Shown here: positions 1 through 10,860 of the stretch, piece after piece
Numbering within the stretch: the stretch's first letter is position 1
Layout of the letters: every line of letters begins with the position of its first letter
Assembly (NCBI GenBank): GCA_038087875.1
Contig: CM075987.1
Span: forward strand, 23,500,001-23,564,000
Source: Malacoraja senta
Lineage: Eukaryota
Direction: 5' to 3'
Length of the DNA: 64,000 nucleotides
Position numbers and translations under genes: made by a program
Notes under the pieces: model-generated
The model's database searches: none
What the model was told of the DNA's origin: nothing
What the model saw: only the letters and a program-made list of their open reading frames with translations

Positions 1-16
1 GTACCCCAGTGAGGGT

Positions 17-49
<33 letters not shown>

Positions 50-69
50 ACCTGTACCCCAATGAGGGT

Positions 70-104
<35 letters not shown>

Positions 105-124
105 ACCTGTACCCCAGTGAGGGT

Positions 125-157
<33 letters not shown>

Positions 158-177
158 ACCTGTACCCCAGTGAGGGT

Positions 178-212
<35 letters not shown>

Positions 213-232
213 ACCTGTACCCCAGTGAGGGT

Positions 233-265
<33 letters not shown>

Positions 266-1038
266 ACCTGTACCCCAGTGAGGGTCAGTGTGTGTGTGTG
301 GGACCTGTACCCCAGTGAGGGTCAGTGTGTGTGTGGGGGACCTGTACCCCAGTGAGGGTCAGTGTGTGTGTGGGGGACCTGTACCCCAGTGAGGGTCAGT
401 GTGTGTGTGGGGGACCTGTACCCCAATGAGGGTCAGTGTGTGTGTGTGTGTGTGTGGGACCTGTACCCCAATGAGGGTCAGTGTGTGTGTGTGTGTGTGG
501 GGGACCTGTACCCCAGTGAGGGTCAGTGTGTGTGTGGGGGACCTGTACCCCAATGAGGGTCAGTGTGTGTGTGTGTGTGTGTGTGTGGGACCTGTACCCC
601 AATGAGGGTCAGTGTGTGTGTGGGGGACCTGTACCCCAGTGAGGGTCAGTGTGTGTGTGGGGGACCTGTACCCCAATGAGGGTCAGTGTGTGTGTGTGTG
701 TGTGGGACCTGTACCCCAATGAGGGTCAGTGTGTGTGTGGGGACCTGTACCCCAGTGAGGGTCAGTGTGTGTGTGTGTGTGGGGGGGACCTGTACCCCAG
801 TGAGGGTCAGTGTGTGTGTGTGTGGGACCTGTACCCCAGTGAGGGTCAGTGTGTGTGTGTGGGGGGGACCTGTACCCCAGTGAGGGTCAGTGTGTGTGTG
901 TGTGTGTGGGGGGGACCTGTACCCCAATGAGGGTCAGTGTGTGTGTGGGGGACCTGTACCCCAGTGAGGGTCAGTGTGTGTGTGTGGGGGGGACCTGTAC
1001 CGCAGTGAGGGTCAGTGTGTGTGTGTGGGGGGGGGGAC
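1..1038. repeat. Compound minisatellite, unit GGGACCTGTACCCCA(G/A)TGAGGGTCA + (GT)n; continues past the left edge
   Basis: 24 copies of GAGGGTCA counted, each followed by a GT tract of variable length; lies in the intron after the 1459-1564 exon. Confidence 0.97.
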
Positions 1039-1081
1039 CCATACCCTGATGGTATACCACGTGCTGCCTCACGTTTATATT

Positions 1082-1381
1082 GAAGATAGACACAAAGTGC
1101 TGGAGTAACTCAGCGGGTCAGGCAGCATCTCTGGAGGTAACAGGATGCGTGACATTTCATGTCGGGACCCTTCTTCAGACTGAAAGCAGAGTGGGGGGAA
1201 CTAGGGGTAAGAAAAGGCCAGGATCATTTGTTGTCGACCCTGCTCTGCCATTTTCTTACCTCCAGTTCCCTCCCTTCTTCTTTCAGTCTGAAGGGTCCTG
1301 ACCCGAAACGTCACCCATCCTCTTTCACCAGAGATGTTGCCTGACCCGCTGAGTTAGTCCAGCACTTTGTGTCTATCTTCA
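1082..1381. mobile_element. Palindromic non-autonomous Penelope-derived element
   Basis: Inverted arms gaagatagacacaaagtgctggagtaactcagcgggtcaggcagcatctctgg... / ...ccagagatgttgcctgacccgctgagttagtccagcactttgtgtctatcttc; same sequence follows the GIY-YIG ORF at 60.7 kb. Confidence 0.75.
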
Positions 1382-1458
1382 ATATAAACGTGAGGCAGCA
1401 CGTGGTATACTATCGTGTACACCTCTGCAGCTCTGAATGGTGCACTGTTGCAAGTTAC

Positions 1459-1564
1459 CTGCCAGGTTGCTCTGGGTATTTCTGTTTGCAGAATCCTTCC
1501 AGGGATGCATACACCTTCTCCCGAAGTGCCTCCACTTCCCCAGGGTTGGACAGGCCTTTGGCAT
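1459..1564 (-). CDS. RXRA: RXRA exon (exon 9 equivalent): LBD helix 9
   Basis: ttgcag|ATGCCAAA...TGGCAG|gtaact; 106 bp; [36 protein letters not shown]. Confidence 0.96.
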
Positions 1565-1882
1565 CTGCAAGAGAGGAAGGGTCACACAATTACCGCCAAA
1601 TGTTCTCGCACTGCTGGGGGTTCGAAATGGGCGACGCGTGGAGCTCTGCATCATGGGAAGGTGGAGAGCCACCTGTGGTCACCGTGGACTCAAGTGTAAC
1701 CACAACTGCATTGCCGTGCTGTATGCACGTGGTGGCTGGTTACAACCATCTTTATTGAGTTCCAACAGCAGGTTGAAGATCGCATATGTGAATTATTCCG
1801 ACTAAATGCCTGGGGCCCAAGTGTGGGGAAAAGTCTTAAGAATGTTCTCAAGTTTATTTTTCGGCTCAGCCCACATTGAGTG

Positions 1883-2120
1883 TAATAGACAATAGGTGCA
1901 GGAGTAGGCCATTTGGCCCTTCGAGCCAGCACCGCCATTCAATGTGATCATGGCTGATCATCCCCAATCAGTACCCCGTTCCTGCCTTCTCCCATATCCC
2001 CTGACTCCGCTATTTTTAAGAGCCCTATCTAGCTCTCTCTTGAAAGCATCCAGAGAACCTGTCTCCACCGCCCTCTGAGGCAGAGAATTCCACAGACTCA
2101 CCACTCTCTGTGAGAAAACG
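1883..2120 (-). mobile_element. CR1-type LINE 3' end (young subfamily)
   Basis: FSQRVVSLWNSLPQRAVETGSLDAFKRELDRALKNSGVRGYG plus 3' UTR; near-identical to copies at 34.0 and 63.4 kb. Confidence 0.85.
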
Positions 2121-2519
2121 TGCAATGGCAATGATGTTAGTTCCAGGACACTAAAGTGACAAAGGTTTTGTGAGAGCATGGAGAGAATATTCACCACGGC
2201 AGCATGGGGTATTCAAAATACAATGCAAAGTGCTGGATTAACTCAGGAGGTCAGGCAACATCTCTGGAGGACATGGATAGGTGACGTTTCGGGGAGAAAG
2301 CCGGGAGAGGGGAGGGGCAGGATAAAGCCTGGCAAGTGGTAGGTGACCGGTGTTTTTTGGGAGGCAGGTCATTGGACAAAGGCCAGAGATGAGACAAAAA
2401 GATGTGAGACAAAGATAGAAAGGGGGCGATCCAAAACGGATGCTTCTTCATAAGTTTGATATATTTACATCAATCAGAGGATGCCATTCAACCCATCTGA
2501 TTCTTTCTCCTTCCTTTTC

Positions 2520-3240
2520 ACAAGTGATAGGGGCAGAATTAGGCCATTCGGCCCATCAAGTCTATTCCGCCATTCAATCATGGCTGATCTATCTCTCCCT
2601 CCTGACCCCATTATAGGTGCAGGACGACAGATGGCGCAATGGGCTAAGTGTTTGGCTGGCAACCGGAAGGTAGCCGGTTCGAATCCCGCTTGGGAGTGCA
2701 TACTGTCGTTGTGTCCTTGGGCAAGACACTTCACCCACCTTTGCCTGCGTGTGAATGTGTGTGAATGTGTGTGAGTGATTGGTGGTGGTCGGAGGGGCCG
2801 TCGGCGCAGATTAGCAGCCACGCTTCCATCAGTCTGCCCCAGGGCAGCTGTGGCTACAGAAGTAGCTCACCACCACCGAGTGTGACTGAGGAGTGAATGA
2901 ATAATGCGATGTAAAGCGCCTTGAGTATTAGAAAGGCGCTATATAAATCCCATCCATTATTATTATTATTATTATTATCCCGCCTTCTCCCCATAACCCC
3001 TGACACCCTTACTAATCAAGAATTTATATATCTCTGCCTTAAAAATATCCATTGACTTGACCTCCACAGCCTTCTGTGGCAAAGAATTCTGCAGATTCAC
3101 CACCCTCTGACTAAAGAAATTCCTCCTCATCTCCTTCCTAAAGGAACACCCTATAATTTTGAGGCTATGACCTCTGGTGCTAGACTCTCCCACTAGAGGA
3201 AACATCCTCTCCACATCCACTCTATCCAAGCCTTTCACTA
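2520..3240 (-). mobile_element. CR1-type LINE 3' fragment interrupted by a SINE
   Basis: KGLDRVDVERMFPLVGESSTRGHSLK...FFSQRVVNL; its 3' UTR resumes at 2520-2612 on the far side of the SINE. Confidence 0.85.
2622..2978 (+). mobile_element. tRNA-derived CORE-type SINE resembling teleost AFC SINE, with L2-like tail
   Basis: A box TGGCGCAATGG, B box GGTTCGAATCCC, CORE-like GTGTCCTTGGGCAAGACACTT, tail TGTAAAGCGCCTTGAG...GGCGCTATATAAAT(ATT)n. Confidence 0.75.
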
Positions 3241-4120
3241 TGGGCCTTTTCCATCTTTACACCTATGACTTATCTCTCTCGTGTCCTTCACACCCCTTGG
3301 TTCTCCTGCCACTTTGCCAAGGGGTAATTTACAGAAGACAATTCTAACACTACTCGAGGAAAAGAAGAACAAACAGAAACCCGCACGGTCTCAAGGAGAA
3401 TGTATCCACGACACAAAGTCTACATACAGGGTCAGCCTGAAAAATACGAGCGATATATTTTTGATTCAATGTTCTCTCAGTCCCGCGCTGAAGAGTTTCA
3501 ATCTGGATTAGGTGTAGTCTGGAGTTGGATTTAAACCTGCAGCATTCTGACTCAGGCAAGAAGCATGGCCAAGTATCCATGGAAAGATAAGAGTGAATAT
3601 AACAGAGCTATAGGCGTTTCAAATTCGCAATTGACTGTAGGTGTGGGTAAAGTGACAGTCACAACCTCTTTCCACCAGGGTGGAAATATTAAAGACTAGG
3701 GGGCAGAGCTTTAAGGTGAGAGGGGCAAAGTATACAGGAGATGCATGGGCAGAGTGTGGTGGGTGCCTGGAATACTCTACCAGGGGTGGTGGTGGAAGCA
3801 GATACTATAGTGGCTTTTAGATAGGTATGTGGACATGCAGAGAATGGAGGGATATGGATCACGTGCAGGCAGAGGAGTCTAGTTTAACCTGGCATCATGT
3901 TCGGCATGGACATTGTGGACCAGTAGGCCTGATCCTGTGCTGTGCTGTGCTGTGTCTTATGTGGAGCATTTCATTTAATTTTATAATATGTTACTGTGGT
4001 AACGAGTCACATAAAATGACTAGGTCACGATTCAAGGCTGTTCAGGCAGCCCTTTGTGGAAGGAGGTTAACATCTGACAAGAGCAGCAGTAGGAAGGAGT
4101 TGTACGTTGTTGCCCCTTAC

Positions 4121-4212
4121 CTGGGTTAAAGAGCACGATCGCTCGCAAGCAGCCCAGTTCTGTCTTGTCCATTTGCATGTCCCGCATTTTAGAAACCAGC
4201 TCGGTCAGAACT
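4121..4212 (-). CDS. RXRA: RXRA exon (exon 8 equivalent): LBD helices 7-8
   Basis: ctccag|AGTTCTG...ACCCAG|gtaagg; 92 bp; [30 protein letters not shown]. Confidence 0.96.
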
Positions 4213-4395
4213 CTGGAGAAAAGGAATTAAAAGTTGGAATTAAAACTCAGCTGGCTCCGTAAACAATCAGGGAAACCTAATTCCTCAATAACTCCCCTTT
4301 TACATTTTCAATGCAGAATAAACGACTTTCAAATAGCACATCTCAATATCACGGACACACGGATTCTTCATCTCCCCGACCACTTCCCAAATTTG

Positions 4396-4708
4396 GGTGG
4401 CACCTTGGCGCAGCGGCAGAGCTGTGGCCTTCCTGCGCCAGAGACCCGGGTTCCAATCCTGACCATGGGTGCCACCTGTACGGAGTTTGTACATTTTCCT
4501 CGTGACCTGCGTGGGTTTTCTCCGGGATCTCCGGTTTCCTCCCACGCTCCAAAGACGTACAGGTTTGTAGGTTAATTGGCTTTGGTAAAAATTGTAAATT
4601 GCCCCTAGTGTGTGTTGGATAGTGTTAGTGTGTGGGGATCGCTGGTTGGCGCGGACTCAGTGGGTCGAAGGGCTTGTTTCCGCGCTGTATTTCTAAACTA
4701 AACTAAAC
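4396..4708 (+). mobile_element. HE1/V-type tRNA-derived SINE
   Basis: TGGCGCAGCGG A box, GGTTCCAATCC B box, V-domain-like ggtttcctcccac, LINE-like tail and (TAAAC)n end. Confidence 0.85.
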
Positions 4709-4858
4709 TCCCCCTCCTGCCCCATCTCCAACCGCTTGCCCTGCAAACTGCAGCTGTAGATTTTAAACACTCTTTCCCCATGCTGATACCAAGGGCCACC
4801 TCTGACCCTGCAAGACACCAACAGCTTCCACCAGCGACCGGGTGATTAAAGTGCCCAC

Positions 4859-4991
4859 CTGTCAAAGATGGCTCCCACTCCCGCACTGTGCGCGCTGTTC
4901 CGATGCACGTGGAGACCAGTCGCCAGCAGAATCCCATCTTTCACAGCTATGGATCGGTGAGAGAACGAAGCGATGAGCAGCTCATTCCAGC
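4859..4991 (-). CDS. RXRA: RXRA exon (exon 7 equivalent): LBD helix 5 to helix 7
   Basis: ccacag|GCTGGAAT...TGACAG|gtgggc; 133 bp; [45 protein letters not shown]. Confidence 0.96.
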
Positions 4992-6745
4992 CTGTGGACG
5001 TAACATCAGGAATCCATTGAACTTGAAGACAGACTGCAGATACCTTCCACAATGCATGTGGCCTTTCAAAAGGAATCAACCGATAAAAGCTGGGGGCGAG
5101 GTTTCGATTCTCACCATTTACAAGGCACAATGGAATAGACCCCACTTCTCTGGAAAGTGGTGACTATTCCATTACTCCTCCATTAACAGTCGGGGATCTC
5201 AACTCCACCCTCCATCGCTGTGCCCCAATCTCACTGTTGTGCACTGACTGGTTGGCACGCTCCGCTTTCTGGTTCGCATGCAACAAAAGCTTTTCACTGT
5301 ACCTCGGTGCACATGGCACTAAGTTGAACCGAACTAATTAACTGGCTGCCTTGACTCACTGCTCAAACCTGCAAACTCAACCAGTAAAGAGGCCAAGGGC
5401 AGCAAGTGCATGGGAATGGCATTGCCTGCAGCTTCTCCTCCACATCGTACACAATCCTGATTAGGAAGTACATCACCAGTCCTTCGCCATCACTGAATCT
5501 ATATCCTAGAACTCCCTGCCCAAGAGCAGTGTGCAAGTACCCATACAAATGGAATTGGGGTCGGACAACAACATCACCCTTTCAAATGGAATTAGGGATG
5601 GACAATTAACTACCCTTAACCTGAAAAATGAATAAAATCTTTTTAAAAAGGACCCTCCCCTCAGTTACTCATCTCATCTGTTCTGCATGATACACGCTCC
5701 CTCAATTTCTGCTTGCTGTTACATTATCTCAACATTTTTAGCATTCTGAGTATCCCCCTTCACAGCCACGAATCCAAGACTGATTGCAGCCATCCCTGAA
5801 GCTGCCCACTTCCCCATCTGAGGCTGGCCCATGTTAGAGAGTGTTTACGTCTCTTCCCTCAGCGATCAGCAACAATGAACTTTGAGACACTGGTGCCAGT
5901 AGACAAGAGTCCCAATTTAATCTGACCCTGGGTCTCAGCAGGTGGTGGCACCACGGAAGGAGAGGGGGCACTGGGAGCAAGGGAATGGAGGGAGAGGCTC
6001 CCTTTCTGCTCCATGAGAAGATACATTTCCTACACATACTATGAAGCACAGTAAAACCTTGCTGAATCACTATCCAAAGTACTGCTCTTCGAGTCAGAAC
6101 GACATCTGGAATGGGCAGGGATTTCTTAAGAGGAAAGGCTTGATAAACTAGCTTGTAACCATTGAAATTTAGAAGAATGAAGAAGGCTTGACTGAAACAT
6201 CCCTGACAAGATGGATGTGAAGACGTTGCCTCTTGTGGGAGAACCTAGAACTAGGGATCACCGTTTAAAAATAAGCAATTGTCCATTCAAGACAAATTAA
6301 GATTTTTTTTCTCTCTCAGACGCTGTCGAATCTTTGGAACATTCTTCCTGAAAGGACAGTGGAAGCAGATTCTTCAAATAGTTTCACTGCAACGGGAGAG
6401 GTGCGCTTGATAAGCACGGGTTTATTACAGGTCAATGGAAATGCATATTTGAGGTTACTGCCAGATTAGCCATGATGTTATTAAACGGTAGAACAGGATT
6501 ACTCATGTTCCTGATTCATATGGTGTACACCTTCAAAATATGCTGGAAGGGATGAAATTCCCTATCGAATCCTATCTTCTCCATAAGGCAGCTTATAATG
6601 CACCTGGATGACAAAGCTTTTGGCTGATGTTTCCAAGAAATAGGGTCTTAATGTTTCTATAAGTCAGAGAATATAGAACAGTACAGCACAGGAATAGGCC
6701 CTCCAGCTCACAACCTCCTGCCGAACATGATGTGATGTGAAGCTA

Positions 6746-6880
6746 ATGTCCATGCCTGCACATGAGCCATATTCCCCCATTCCCTGCATGTCCATGCCTG
6801 CACATGAGCCATATTCCCCCATTCCCTGCATGTCCATGCCTGCACATGAGCCATATTCCCCCATTCCCTGCATGTCCATG
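6746..6880. repeat. 42-bp tandem triplication within a CR1 3' fragment
   Basis: atgtccatgcctgcacatgagccatattcccccattccctgc x3, perfect copies. Confidence 0.95.
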
Positions 6881-7019
6881 TGCCTATCTAAAACCCTCTT
6901 AAATGCCACTATTGTATGTCACTGATATTCAAATGCTGCCTGTCGTTTATATATTATTAATGTACATACATATTGGGGGGCAATTTGCAACAGCGTTGAC
7001 AAACAACTAAGGAGATTTG

Positions 7020-7480
7020 GAGGTAGACACAAATTGCTGGAGTAACTCAGCGGGTGAGGCAGCATCTCTGGAGAGAAGGAATGGGCAGCGTTTCAGGTCG
7101 AGACCCTTCTTCAGACTGATGTCAGGGGAGGGGGCGGGACAAAGATAGAATAGAGTCGGAGACAGTGAGACCAGTGGGAGAACTGGGAAGGGGAAGGGGA
7201 TGGAGAGGGAAAGCAAGGGCTATCTGAAGTTAGAGAAGTCAATGTCCATACCGCTGGGGTGTAAACTACCCAAGCGAAATATGAGGTGCTGTTCCTCCAA
7301 TTTGCGCTGGGCCTCACTCTGACAATGGAGGAGGCCCAGGACAGAAAGGTCAGATTGGGAATGGGAGGGGGAGTTAAAGTGCTGGGCCACCGGGAGATCA
7401 GGTAGGTTAAGACAGACTGAGCGCAGTTGTTTAGTGAAACGATCGCCGAGCCCGCGCTTGGTCTCGCCGATGTAGAGGAG
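7020..7480 (-). mobile_element. Penelope-like element 3' fragment (GIY-YIG endonuclease C-terminus plus terminal repeat)
   Basis: YIGETKRGLGDRFTKQLRSV...PVAQHFNSPSH...RKLEEQHLIFRLGSLHPSGMDIDFSNFR. Confidence 0.85.
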
Positions 7481-7798
7481 ATTTGGACGCAAGGATATGA
7501 ACTTTAAAATGTAGATTCCACGCTGGGAAAAAGGTTCTGACAGTCTACCCTGTCCATGCCTCTCATAATCTTTTACGCAAGGACGTCTGAAGAAGGGTCT
7601 CAACCCGAAACGTCACCCATTCCTTCTCCAGAGATGCTGAGTTACTCCAGTATTTTGTGTCTATCTTCGTAGGCTGACGTGGTCAGGGTAATAGGTTTGA
7701 GAGAATTGGGAGGATGGTTGTAATGTTTGTTGGATCGAGGAGTTGGGTACAAGGAATGAGACACCAGCAGAGGCCAAAGGAAAAAAAAAGCTCCTTAC

Positions 7799-7928
7799 CT
7801 GCCCTCAAAAGGATGACCTGGTCGTCCAACGGGAGCTCGGAGAAGTGTGGAATCCGCTTGGCCCACTCGACCAGAGTGAAAAGCTGCTTGTCAGCTGCTT
7901 GGCAGATGTTGGTAACTGGGTCATTCGG
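7799..7928 (-). CDS. RXRA: RXRA exon (exon 6 equivalent): LBD helices 3-4
   Basis: ggccag|CCGAATGAC...GGGCAG|gtaagg; 130 bp; [43 protein letters not shown]. Confidence 0.96.
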
Positions 7929-9702
7929 CTGGCCAGGAAAGACAAAAGAAGATCACAGTAACACATAAGCTTTGGTCGGGATTCCCTGAGAGTGCAGGAG
8001 GAAAGCTCCACAGCTGACTTTTGCTTTCCTTTCAAGAACAGGAAAAGGCCATGTTTGTGAATGATCTACGACAACACACACAGTGAATGGCATGGATTAA
8101 TAAGGGCTCATCTACATGCCATTCATTTACTCCAGTCTTTCCTGACCTTCAACCAATACGTACCAATCTAAGTCATGAAAGGATCATCTGACCCAAAGGA
8201 TCTTCAAGATTTTGTGTGAGAGTTCCAGATTTCTACTAACCTTATTGTGAAGGTCTCCTGATTTCATCCCTGAATAAAATTGATTTCGTTTTGAGACTCT
8301 GCCCTTCTATTTTGTCAAAGGTGCTATTCTGGATTCCCTTTCCAGAAGAAATCTTTTCTCCAAAATAACTCTATCTAATTCATTTATGATTTTGAACATG
8401 TTTTTAGATTAGATTTAGATCAGATTAGAGATACAGCATGGTAACAGGCCCTTCGGCCCACCGAGTCCCCGCCGACCAACAAATTTCCAGGAGATTTTGA
8501 TTTCCATTTGCCATCCTGCATATTGAGACCCACTTGACTAGCACTTTAATCACCCACCCAAGCATTTGTTCCCACTACACCTGGAGCAACATGGCAGCAG
8601 GGCAATGAAAGATACTATGCTAGGGGGGGATATATCTAATCCATTTATTGCTTAAAACGGCTCTCAACTTTCTAATTAAGGCTTGTTTACCGTCGGATGA
8701 AGGAAATACACAATACAATTTGTTCCCAGCCAGGTTCCATAAATAGCAATGAGCAGCAATAATCCATGTTAGCAATGCTGACTGAGGGATGATATATTTG
8801 CTTCGAGATGAAGAACATCTCTGCTCTTCTTGGGAACAATGCATGGGATGTTTAACTTCCTCCTGAGAGGACGGATGGAGCTGGGGCTTAATGGCACTAT
8901 CTGGAACAATGCAAAACCACAAATCAGTGGCAGCATTGACGGAGTGCTGATCAGTAGTGCGATAAATGCGGTGCAGAGACCGGGATTTATTGCCGGTGCA
9001 AGTGCGGGGGATTTGTTGCCATCCCGTGTTAGTGGCGATGGCACCCAGGATTTATTTTCTCACAGCTTGAGCACGGGGATTAGTCACGCAACGTAGACAC
9101 TGGAATGAATGACTTTATCATGTAAAAGAGGGCTCTGGAATTTATTGCCACGACGTTCTGCAGTGTAGGAACTAAAACCTGAAGCAAAAAATAAATATAC
9201 TGCTGGAGGAACCCGGCGAGGCGAACAGCACCTCTGGGCAGAAACGAACTGTTGACATTTTGGGTCAAAATCCTGCATCAGGGTTCATCAGTCATGAGAA
9301 AGGGCCTTGACCCCAAAAACATCGACAATCCTTCCCCACCCCCCAGTAGATACTGCTCAACCCGCTGAGTTCCTCCAGCAGTTTGCATTTTGCTCCAGAT
9401 TCCAGTACCTGCATCTCCACAGACTCAAACGTATTGCCGTGACACTGGGATTTATTTCCATTTTGTGTGGGGACTGGAATTGATTAGCAGAGCATGCTTC
9501 CAGTGGGATTGTTGTCGAGTGCAGATCCAGGGATTTATTCTATCATAGGAATGTAACAGCACTGGAGGAGACCACTGAGTCTGAGCCATGACCACATCAC
9601 GTGGGCTGTTTTTGAAATGCATTACATTTTCGTTCAACCACAATTTCTCTTTTAGTGCTGTGCCTGCAGGAAGCAGGATTTATCGGGCTGCACTGTGATT
9701 AA

Positions 9703-9998
9703 AGTTTAGAGGTAAGAGAGATACAGCACAGAAACAGGCCCTTCGGCCCACCGATTCCACGCCGACCAGCAATCCCCATTACACTAGCACTATCCTACAC
9801 ACTAGGGACAATATACAATTTTTACCAAAGCCAATTAACCTACAAACGTGTATGTCTTTGGATTGTGGGAGGAGGGTCCGGGAAAAATCCACGCGGCGAT
9901 GTGGAGAACTTACAAACTCTGTACAGACAAGCACCCGTAGTCAGGATCGAACCCAGGTCTCTGGCTCTGTAAGGCAGCGACTCTACCGCTGTGCCTCC
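9703..9998 (-). mobile_element. HE1/V-type SINE just downstream of the exon 5 donor
   Basis: Reverse complement of the SINE family seen at 4396-4708. Confidence 0.85.
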
Positions 9999-10051
9999 AG
10001 GTACTAGGATTCGTAGCTGTGGTGTGTGTGTGTGTGTGTGTGTGTACTCAC

Positions 10052-10221
10052 TGAGCTGCTGCCCATTCCGAGGTTGGAGTCGATGTAAGTCTCAGTCTTG
10101 GGCTCAACAGCCAGCTCGGCCTCCACTATCTTCTCCACTGGCATGTCCTCATTGGCACTGCTCGTTGACTCCACCTCATTCTCATTCCTGTCCTTACCCC
10201 GCTGTCTCTCCTCTTGTACAG
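10052..10221 (-). CDS. RXRA: RXRA exon (exon 5 equivalent): T-box, hinge, LBD helix 1
   Basis: ctgcag|CTGTACAA...AGCTCA|gtgagt; 170 bp; [57 protein letters not shown]. Confidence 0.96.
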
Positions 10222-10469
10222 CTGCAGGCAAGAAGGGGGATAACTGTTGAGGGCCCCACTCACCATCACTCAGCAGAACTCCTCCTGACTGCAAAAACAT
10301 CTTGCATGGAGTAACGACGTTTCAGAAACACCTTCCTCAGCGACCTGCCCCACACCCAAACTGCCGCTGTGCTTCTTTCAAAGCAATTTTGCTTTTCTTC
10401 TGTCTTATTCTCTCCATGCAGGAAGTGCCTGACGCTGAGCTGTGGATTCTATATTTGCCAGGACATATA

Positions 10470-10860
10470 CAGGCCTCCTCCACTGTCAGAGTAAGGCCAC
10501 ACACAAATTGGAGGAACAGCACCTCATATTCGCTTGGGCAGCTTACACCACAACGGTAAGAACGTTGATTTCTCCAATTCCAAGTAACCCCTGCATTCCC
10601 TCCCCCTCTCTAGCACCCTAGTAGTCCTACTTGTTCCCCTGTTCGCATCCTTGTATCCCTCATTATCACCTCTTCCCCAGCCAACAATAGGCCATTGTGG
10701 GCTCCACCCTATCTTGCTTTGTCCTCGCCTTTTATTACCTCCAATTCCTCCCCTTTATTTTCCAGTCTGAAGAAGGGTCCCGACCTGAAACGTCACCCAT
10801 CCTTTTTCTCCAGAGATGCTGCCTGACCCGCTTTAGTTACTCCAGCACCTTGTGACTATC
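10470..10860 (+). mobile_element. Penelope-like 3' fragment
   Basis: GIY-YIG tail (aaattggaggaacagcacctcatattc...gatttctccaattccaagtaa) followed by terminal repeat with ctgaagaagggtcccgacctgaaacgtc. Confidence 0.75.

Noticed and set aside
23..1049. Cys/Val-rich and His/Thr-rich ORFs; CRISPR-like repeat-spacer look
   Set aside because: These are translations of a GT-containing minisatellite; the spacers are only (GT)n, there are no cas genes, and the context is a vertebrate intron.
4396..4470. tRNA-like A/B boxes here and in about a dozen other places
   Set aside because: They are heads of tRNA-derived SINEs that continue into SINE body and LINE-like tail; not tRNA genes.
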